Positions 58,532 to 64,000 of a DNA stretch of 64,000 bases are shown here, piece by piece. A program made the position numbers and the translations under genes. Under the pieces are notes generated by a model. That model saw only the letters and a program-made list of their open reading frames with translations, searched no databases and was not told where the DNA came from. Positions within the stretch are counted from its first letter, which is position 1, and the number at the start of each line of letters is the position of its first letter. The stretch comes from a virus, in IMG/VR virus record IMGVR_UViG_3300024274_000264; one strand, written 5' to 3'.

Positions 58532-58965
58532 TTGTTGCTTTCTATAAACGTTTTATATTCTTCAACCGTAAAAGAATGAACTATTTTTAATTCCCGACCT
58601 GGAATAATAGGAAATTCTTCGATTTTATTTTCTGTCATGAACTTTAACCATTCAAGTCCATATTTCCCGATCTCAGTTCCTAAAAAAATCTTTCCTTCGG
58701 TGGAAAAGTTATTGTTTGTATAGCGAATTCCGTCGAGTCACCATTCTTTATATCCATCTGGATGTTCAACTGCTGGACCATCTATTCTGTGGCGTTTTCC
58801 TTCAATATACCAATATTTGTTTCCATTTGCCCACTCAGCTGCTGGCCCGTTTTCTCGATGTTTTTTTCCATTTTTAAGCCATACTATGGCTCCATTTTCA
58901 GCTTCAACAATTCCTGTAAAGTTGTCAGGAATATATTCGTTAAGTTTTAGTTTTAAAGTTTCCAT
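58528..58965 (-). pseudogene. HRxDGPA-repeat family protein 24 with an in-frame TGA at 58738-58740
   Basis: KEW*LDGIRY...FLGTEIGKYGLEWLKFMTENKIEEFPIIPG continues in frame to a TGA that overlaps the next ATG. Confidence 0.85.
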
Positions 58966-58971
58966 TCACAA

Positions 58972-59442
58972 TCACTCATTCTTTTTTTGCCTTTTTGAAG
59001 CTGGTATGTTTACTAGTTCTAGTAAGTCAGCCGCAACAAAATCCATATAATCCCCACCCCAATTAACGTAAACATACCTGGTACCTGGCTTGTGTACTTT
59101 AACATATCCAACATCTCCTGTTGTTATTTTTTTAACTCTATCTCCAACTTCAAACTGTTTATAACTTTTCGGTTCTTGAACCTTGGTCTCTTCTTTTGGT
59201 TTATTTATAATCGAAACCAATTTAGATTCTAAAACTGGAATCTCTTGTGGGATAAATTCTGGTTTTGGTGCCGCGGCTGCTTGGGGATTCTTCGGTGGTC
59301 TCCCTCGCTTTTTTGGAATTATTCCTGAGTCGACCGCCGAGGCAATAACCGCGGGACTAGGTTTCACATCGCCCGCGGTTTTCTTGTTTTTACTTCCAGG
59401 TGGTCTACCACGTTTTCTTACTACTACATTTAGGTTTGTCAT
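58972..59442 (-). CDS. AT-hook DNA-binding protein with a C-terminal SH3-like barrel
   Basis: RKRGRPPG and KKRGRPPK; FEVGDRV...GYVK...VYVNW. Confidence 0.65.
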   Translation of the reverse strand: MTNLNVVVRKRGRPPGSKNKKTAGDVKPSPAVIASAVDSGIIPKKRGRPPKNPQAAAAPKPEFIPQEIPVLESKLVSIINKPKEETKVQEPKSYKQFEVGDRVKKITTGDVGYVKVHKPGTRYVYVNWGGDYMDFVAADLLELVNIPASKRQKKNE

Positions 59443-59446
59443 GATG

Positions 59447-59983
59447 TTATAGTTTATACTCCTCTAGTTTTAAAACCAGATCAAATTTCCAAAGATTAAG
59501 AAGTTCTTGTTTCATTCCGCCCATTATGGGAAATTCTCGAATTCCATTATGTTCTGTTAGAAACAAAAAGCAGGTAATTCCATATTTTCTTTTTTCTCCT
59601 CCAAGAAAAATTCCTTTATCAAACAAATGAATTAAGTCATTTATATGCCAATATCTTTTTTCATAAAACCAATAAAAACTTCCGTATCTTGATTGGGCTG
59701 GTCTGTCTATTGGATGTTTTCCATTAATATACCATTCTTTTAAATTGAAGTAGGATTGTTCAACAGCTGGACCATCTATTCTATGAAGTTTTCCGTTTTT
59801 ATACCAACATTTCACATATCTATCGTATCCAAATGGGTCGATTTCATTTCGAGTATAAGCAGGGCCATCTTTACGATGAATACTTCCATTTTTATAATAA
59901 ATCTTAACATTACACGGATACTCCACAATCCCTGTAAAGTTTTTAGGAAGTTGAGTCCCTGATAAAATCTTTATTGTTTCCAT
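59447..59983 (-). CDS. HRxDGPA-repeat family protein 25 (start revised)
   Basis: IHRKDGPA, LHRIDGPA and a degenerate third repeat. Confidence 0.85.
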   Translation of the reverse strand: METIKILSGTQLPKNFTGIVEYPCNVKIYYKNGSIHRKDGPAYTRNEIDPFGYDRYVKCWYKNGKLHRIDGPAVEQSYFNLKEWYINGKHPIDRPAQSRYGSFYWFYEKRYWHINDLIHLFDKGIFLGGEKRKYGITCFLFLTEHNGIREFPIMGGMKQELLNLWKFDLVLKLEEYKL

Positions 59984-59985
59984 GT

Positions 59986-60600
59986 TTATACCCATCCACA
60001 CTCATCAAAATAATCTTTTAATTCAGAGTCCATAGACAACATGAATTCACGTATTCCAGGAATCATTGGAAATTCTTTTATTCCTTGGTCTTCTGTTAAG
60101 AACCTTAACCAAAACAAATCATATTTTCCTCTTTCCATATTGAGAAACATATTCTTTTTTAAAAGAATAGGTATGTCCGTTTTTTCAAAACAGAGTTTAT
60201 TATTTAAATACCAATATTTATCTCCGTTTTCAAATTCAATAGCTGGCCCATCTGTTCTGTGCCATTTTCCATTAATGCACCATTCTCTATATCCATCTAC
60301 TCCAACAACCGCAGGAGCAGCTATTCTATGTTTTTTATTATTAACCCACCATTCTTTTGAACCATCCCAAATTTCAACCGCTGGACCACCAATTCTATGT
60401 TTTTTTCCTTTTTTATACCAAATATAAGTAAAATTTTTTAGATTATTGTACATATATTTTGATATATAAGCGGGGCCATCTTTACGATGAATACTTCCAT
60501 TTTTATAATAAATCTCAAGAAAGTTTTCACGTTTAACAATTCCTGTAAAGTTTTTAGGAAATTGTGTGGTTTTTGTCCATAGATCAATTGTTTCCATCAA
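59986..60600 (-). CDS. HRxDGPA-repeat family protein 26 (4 repeats)
   Basis: IHRKDGPA, KHRIGGPA, KHRIAAPA, WHRTDGPA. Confidence 0.85.
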   Translation of the reverse strand: MMETIDLWTKTTQFPKNFTGIVKRENFLEIYYKNGSIHRKDGPAYISKYMYNNLKNFTYIWYKKGKKHRIGGPAVEIWDGSKEWWVNNKKHRIAAPAVVGVDGYREWCINGKWHRTDGPAIEFENGDKYWYLNNKLCFEKTDIPILLKKNMFLNMERGKYDLFWLRFLTEDQGIKEFPMIPGIREFMLSMDSELKDYFDECGWV

Positions 60601-61031
60601 ACACCTACTTTTAAGAGTTCGTCGAGAGATATGTCTTTAAAAATTCTAAATTGATAAGGAGGCATACCAGGAACAAGAGGATATTCTTCAATTCCTGTTT
60701 CTGTTAGAAACTTTAACCACTCAATCTTATACTTTCCGTTTTCTTTTCCAAGAAAAATTTTATTTGAAATATCGATTTCTTTTTTTATTGATTTATTATC
60801 AATCCACCATTCTTTATATCCACCTGAAAGTTCAATAGCTGGTCCGTCTACTCTATGAGTTTTTCCTTCTTTAAGCCATTGTTTATCTCCATTTACCCAT
60901 TCAATTGCAGGTCCATCAAGTCGATGATGTTTTCCTTTTTTAAACCATTCTTTCAATCCACTTGCCCATTCAACAATTCCTGTAAAATGTTTGGGAATTT
61001 TTTCATTATCTTTTAGTTTAAGATGTTTCAT
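60597..61031 (-). CDS. HRxDGPA-repeat family protein 27 (2 repeats)
   Basis: HHRLDGPA, THRVDGPA. Confidence 0.85.
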   Translation of the reverse strand: MKHLKLKDNEKIPKHFTGIVEWASGLKEWFKKGKHHRLDGPAIEWVNGDKQWLKEGKTHRVDGPAIELSGGYKEWWIDNKSIKKEIDISNKIFLGKENGKYKIEWLKFLTETGIEEYPLVPGMPPYQFRIFKDISLDELLKVGV

Positions 61032-61438
61032 TTTAAAACATTCTCCTGCGTAGTTAAAAATGATTGGAGGTCATATCTTTGAACAAATTCATAATTCATA
61101 CCAGGAATAAGAGGATATTCTTCAATTCCTGTTTCTGTTAAAAACTTTAACCACTCAATCCCAAACTTTCCTTTTTCTTTTCCAAGAAAAATTTTGTTTC
61201 TTACATAAATTGTGTCCGAGTATTCTTTTCCACCAACCCACCATTCTTTTGTTCCGTCTGGATTTTCAAAAGCTGGTCCATCTATTCTGTGGCGTTTTCC
61301 TCCAATATACCATTCTTTCGCCCCTCCTGCCCATTCAATCGCGGGTCCATCCTCTCGATGACATTTTCCTTCTTTATACCATTGTTTTGTTCCATCCGAA
61401 GATTCTATAATCTTTATTGTGTCTTCTTTTGTTTTCAT
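61028..61438 (-). CDS. HRxDGPA-repeat family protein 28 (2 repeats, lacks the FTG motif)
   Basis: CHREDGPA, RHRIDGPA. Confidence 0.85.
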   Translation of the reverse strand: MKTKEDTIKIIESSDGTKQWYKEGKCHREDGPAIEWAGGAKEWYIGGKRHRIDGPAFENPDGTKEWWVGGKEYSDTIYVRNKIFLGKEKGKFGIEWLKFLTETGIEEYPLIPGMNYEFVQRYDLQSFLTTQENVLK

Positions 61439-62103
61439 TTTATCACTGGCAGAGATTTTCTTTTTGCACCATGAGCTTCGAATCCAATAACAGCATTTAG
61501 AGTTTTAAGTTTTTTATCGTTCCAACAAAGTTTACACTTTTCACAAGTTATATTTTCATGAGTTTGATTTGGACAAGGAATTAATTTAAATCCATTAAAC
61601 TCATATGCTTTTTTTGATAAAAATTTATCAACAATGATAGCAGGAGCATAACCTTTTCTTCTTGCCGATTTTATTTCTTTTATGTTGTCAACCGAGGCAA
61701 GAACAGAAACCTTATTGCCCCAACTAGAACGAGAAACATCTTTCCAGGCGTGTGTATAAGTCCATACTGGATAGCCCCATTCTTTTGTTGCCTCGGCTAA
61801 TATGGCTGCTGCTTCGTTTGTGCGGCAATCTCCTGCAACGTGCAACCGCAATGGTTTTGTATTCTTTTCTTCTTTAATAGCTTGTTTAATTTGTTTTGCT
61901 TCTTCTCTTGCAACTTCTCTTGGAGTTGATTTCTTTTTATTTAGTTTTGATGTATGAATTCCAACAAAACCAAGTTGAGCATAACATCCATTATCTTTTA
62001 AAGCGCAACTAGTCGGGCAAGAAGAATCAATTGAACTATAAGTCGCGGCAACACCACCAAGTTTTGAATTATTTGTTTTTAACACCAACATCGCATTTGT
62101 CAT
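61435..62103 (-). CDS. Cys-rich, radical-SAM-like/GP88-like Fe-S protein
   Basis: SCPTSCALKDNGCYA, LRLHVAGD, WTYTH, CPNQ...TCEKCKLC. Confidence 0.55.
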   Translation of the reverse strand: MTNAMLVLKTNNSKLGGVAATYSSIDSSCPTSCALKDNGCYAQLGFVGIHTSKLNKKKSTPREVAREEAKQIKQAIKEEKNTKPLRLHVAGDCRTNEAAAILAEATKEWGYPVWTYTHAWKDVSRSSWGNKVSVLASVDNIKEIKSARRKGYAPAIIVDKFLSKKAYEFNGFKLIPCPNQTHENITCEKCKLCWNDKKLKTLNAVIGFEAHGAKRKSLPVIK

Positions 62104-62130
62104 TTTTGTTTTTTTGTTTATATCCTTTTG

Positions 62131-62295
62131 TTATTTTATTTTTTGTTTAGACCACACCAAAAAATAAGATTTTTCAATAAGTTGAATTTTACCTTTTGTT
62201 TCTTTTTTTAAAACTTCTTTATATCCTTCAAACACATTCTTTGTTTGTATTTGAGAATCTGGTTTATCATCAACTATAACGAAGAAAGTTTTCAT
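62131..62295 (-). CDS. Small hypothetical protein (54 aa, below the ORF-track cutoff)
   Basis: MKTFFVIVDDKPDSQ...SKQKIK*; starts 3 nt after the stop of 62299..62934. Confidence 0.45.
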   Translation of the reverse strand: MKTFFVIVDDKPDSQIQTKNVFEGYKEVLKKETKGKIQLIEKSYFLVWSKQKIK

Positions 62296-62298
62296 TTT

Positions 62299-62934
62299 TT
62301 ATATTTCCAAGTAAACGAAAATTTCTTTAAATATTAAATTTTTTTCCATTCCTGAAATAATAGGGAACTCTTTGATTCCTTGATTTTCTGTTAAAAACTT
62401 TAACCAACACAGGTTATGGTTGCCTTTTTCTTTCCCGAGGAAAATAAGTTTTTCGACATAGATTTCCAATTCAAAAGTGGAATAGAGTTTATTATCAACA
62501 TACCATTCTTTTAATCCATCTTTATATTCGCAAGCAGGACCATCGAATCTGTGAAGTAATCCATCTTTATACCAATATTTTGATCCATTTGCCCATTCAA
62601 TAGCAGGACCATCAAATCTATGAAGTTTCCCTTCAACCCACCATTGTTTTGTTCCATCTGCATATTCAACAGCAGGACCATCTGTTCGATGATATTTTCC
62701 TTCTTTGAACCAACATTTTGTTCCATCTGCATATTCAACAGCGGGGCTATCTATTCTGTGAAGTTTTCCTTCAATCCACCATTCTTTTGATCCGTCAAAG
62801 TATTCGTTTGCTGGTCCATCTATTCTATGTCTTTTTCCTTCTTTGAACCAACATTTTGTTCCAGGTTCCCATTCAACAATTCCTGTATAGTATTCAGGAA
62901 TCAATTCATTGTTTTTCAGTTTTATGGTTTTCAT
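62299..62934 (-). CDS. HRxDGPA-repeat family protein 29 (5 repeats)
   Basis: RHRIDGPA, LHRIDSPA, YHRTDGPA, LHRFDGPA x2. Confidence 0.88.
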   Translation of the reverse strand: MKTIKLKNNELIPEYYTGIVEWEPGTKCWFKEGKRHRIDGPANEYFDGSKEWWIEGKLHRIDSPAVEYADGTKCWFKEGKYHRTDGPAVEYADGTKQWWVEGKLHRFDGPAIEWANGSKYWYKDGLLHRFDGPACEYKDGLKEWYVDNKLYSTFELEIYVEKLIFLGKEKGNHNLCWLKFLTENQGIKEFPIISGMEKNLIFKEIFVYLEI

Positions 62935-62950
62935 TTTAAAACTTCTATTT

Positions 62951-63457
62951 TTATTTTTCTTGAATAAATTTTTCGCACCGTTTACATTTTTTCATTAAAA
63001 CAATTTCATATTCATTAACAAAATTTTGATAGTTGCATCCAATGTTTGCGCAAAGAATATTAAACCAAAAATGATTAAATTCTAGATTTTTTATCTCTGA
63101 AACATGAGAAATATGTCTCACTTCAGCTTCATATTCATCATAATTGTTATTTTTCGTTAGCAATACAATATCATCGGCTTTGTAATCAAATTTTACAAAT
63201 TTCCAATTTGAAGAATTTTTATAATGAAAAAGTTGAATAAACTCATTTGAATGAAATGGTTTTGCATATTCTCTTCCACATATTGCACAAGTTTGGAAAG
63301 AAAAAACAAATTGTTTTTCTTTAAGTTGAAGCAAATAAATTCCTGTTGGAATTGTTTGTTTACTTATTCTACAACCAAACCATTTACAAAAATAGTTGTG
63401 CGATTCTTTTGACTTTGGAACCATAAGCAATTCATTTTTTCGGTATGGGGTTTTCAT
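62951..63457 (-). CDS. Cys-containing hypothetical protein (start revised)
   Basis: AAGGAG SD before the ATG at 63457; CAIC and other Cys pairs. Confidence 0.65.
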   Translation of the reverse strand: MKTPYRKNELLMVPKSKESHNYFCKWFGCRISKQTIPTGIYLLQLKEKQFVFSFQTCAICGREYAKPFHSNEFIQLFHYKNSSNWKFVKFDYKADDIVLLTKNNNYDEYEAEVRHISHVSEIKNLEFNHFWFNILCANIGCNYQNFVNEYEIVLMKKCKRCEKFIQEK

Positions 63458-63475
63458 TTTCTGCTCCTTAAAGTC

Positions 63476-63512
63476 AAAAAGGCCGACCAACACATTGTCA
63501 GTCAGCCTTTTT
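63476..63512 (-). terminator. Rho-independent terminator after 63538..63936
   Basis: Minus strand AAGGCUGAC...GUCGGCCUU followed by a U-run. Confidence 0.6.
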
Positions 63513-63537
63513 GGTTTGCTCCGCGAGTAATTTTCGA

Positions 63538-63936
63538 TTACTTTTTGTGCGAAGCAAGATAGTCTCGCGCAACAGTTTTGATTGGTTTTGGAACCAATTC
63601 CTTGGTTCCTTCTTTGGTTGTGTTTTCAGCCATTTGTTGGGCAATTTCGACATGGATCATTTTCATGTCTTTGACTTCGATTTGAAAACAATGTCGCCCG
63701 CTGGAAAGGCGACCTTCGGCAATTTCCTTGCCAAGTTTCTTGTTGTAAAGGTCAACAGCGGTATTTGATCCCGTTGTAACGCGGTTTGCCGAAAAAGCAT
63801 ATTCGTATTTGTTTCCTTCGGTTCTTCTGTAGGAGACGGTTACGGTGCGCTTTCCGCTGCGCATATAAAAGCGGCGAACCGCTTCGGTTGTTTGCGCTGG
63901 AGTTTGTTCGACTGTTTGGGTTTCGTTGTTTTCCAT
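63538..63936 (-). CDS. Hypothetical protein (start revised to MENNETQ)
   Basis: AAGGA SD; D.YNKKLGKEIA..RL motif. Confidence 0.7.
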   Translation of the reverse strand: MENNETQTVEQTPAQTTEAVRRFYMRSGKRTVTVSYRRTEGNKYEYAFSANRVTTGSNTAVDLYNKKLGKEIAEGRLSSGRHCFQIEVKDMKMIHVEIAQQMAENTTKEGTKELVPKPIKTVARDYLASHKK

Positions 63937-64000
63937 TTTCTTTCCTTCTTTCTTGTTATTGTTGGATATTTCCAAGGTTGAAAAGTGACATATTTGGAGG

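Noticed and set aside
58738-58740. Genome-wide TGA=Trp recoding
   Set aside because: Many genes end in TGA with ATGA coupling, and long ORFs are intact in the standard code.
31651-62934. Diversity-generating retroelement acting on the HRxDGPA genes
   Set aside because: No reverse transcriptase or non-coding template repeat in the window, and differences between near-identical patches are not adenine-specific. An RT elsewhere in the genome cannot be excluded.
1-64000. Prophage in a bacterial chromosome, eukaryotic giant virus, or tailocin/eCIS locus
   Set aside because: No housekeeping genes or integrase; bacterial SD sites, sigma70 promoters, a sigma factor and head-neck (gp13/gp14-like) genes indicate a large bacteriophage.

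Overview
A 64-kb, very AT-rich segment of a large (probably jumbo) tailed phage with a contractile, T4-like tail. No rRNA, tRNA or CRISPR array was seen. Contents in order: (1) small paralogous ORFs, one interrupted by a tnpA-less IS200/IS605 tnpB element. (2) Thioredoxin, then five genes that share an N-terminal MKIK[S/P]LIFE peptide (two ADP-ribosyltransferase-like, three kinase-like). (3) Two short ORFs that resemble internal fragments of a gp23-type major capsid protein, and a frameshifted HNH endonuclease. (4) A minus-strand morphogenesis block: tube, two ~1000-aa sheaths, gp15/gp14/gp13-like neck and terminator proteins, DnaJ, and baseplate/LysM proteins. (5) A 29-member family of HRxDGPA-repeat genes with a constant C-terminal module, in three arrays (31.6-37.0, 37.5-42.4 and 58.2-62.9 kb), with an origin-like non-coding region between the first two. 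(6) An HD hydrolase, a divergent MoxR/vWA pair, a phage sigma factor, an AAA ATPase, probable virion-internal proteins, and holin/spanin-like membrane genes. The two most promising leads are the shuffled HRxDGPA repeat arsenal and the putative capsid-packaged kinase/ART effector cassette. All calls come from reading motifs by eye; no searches were run, and counts were done by hand.
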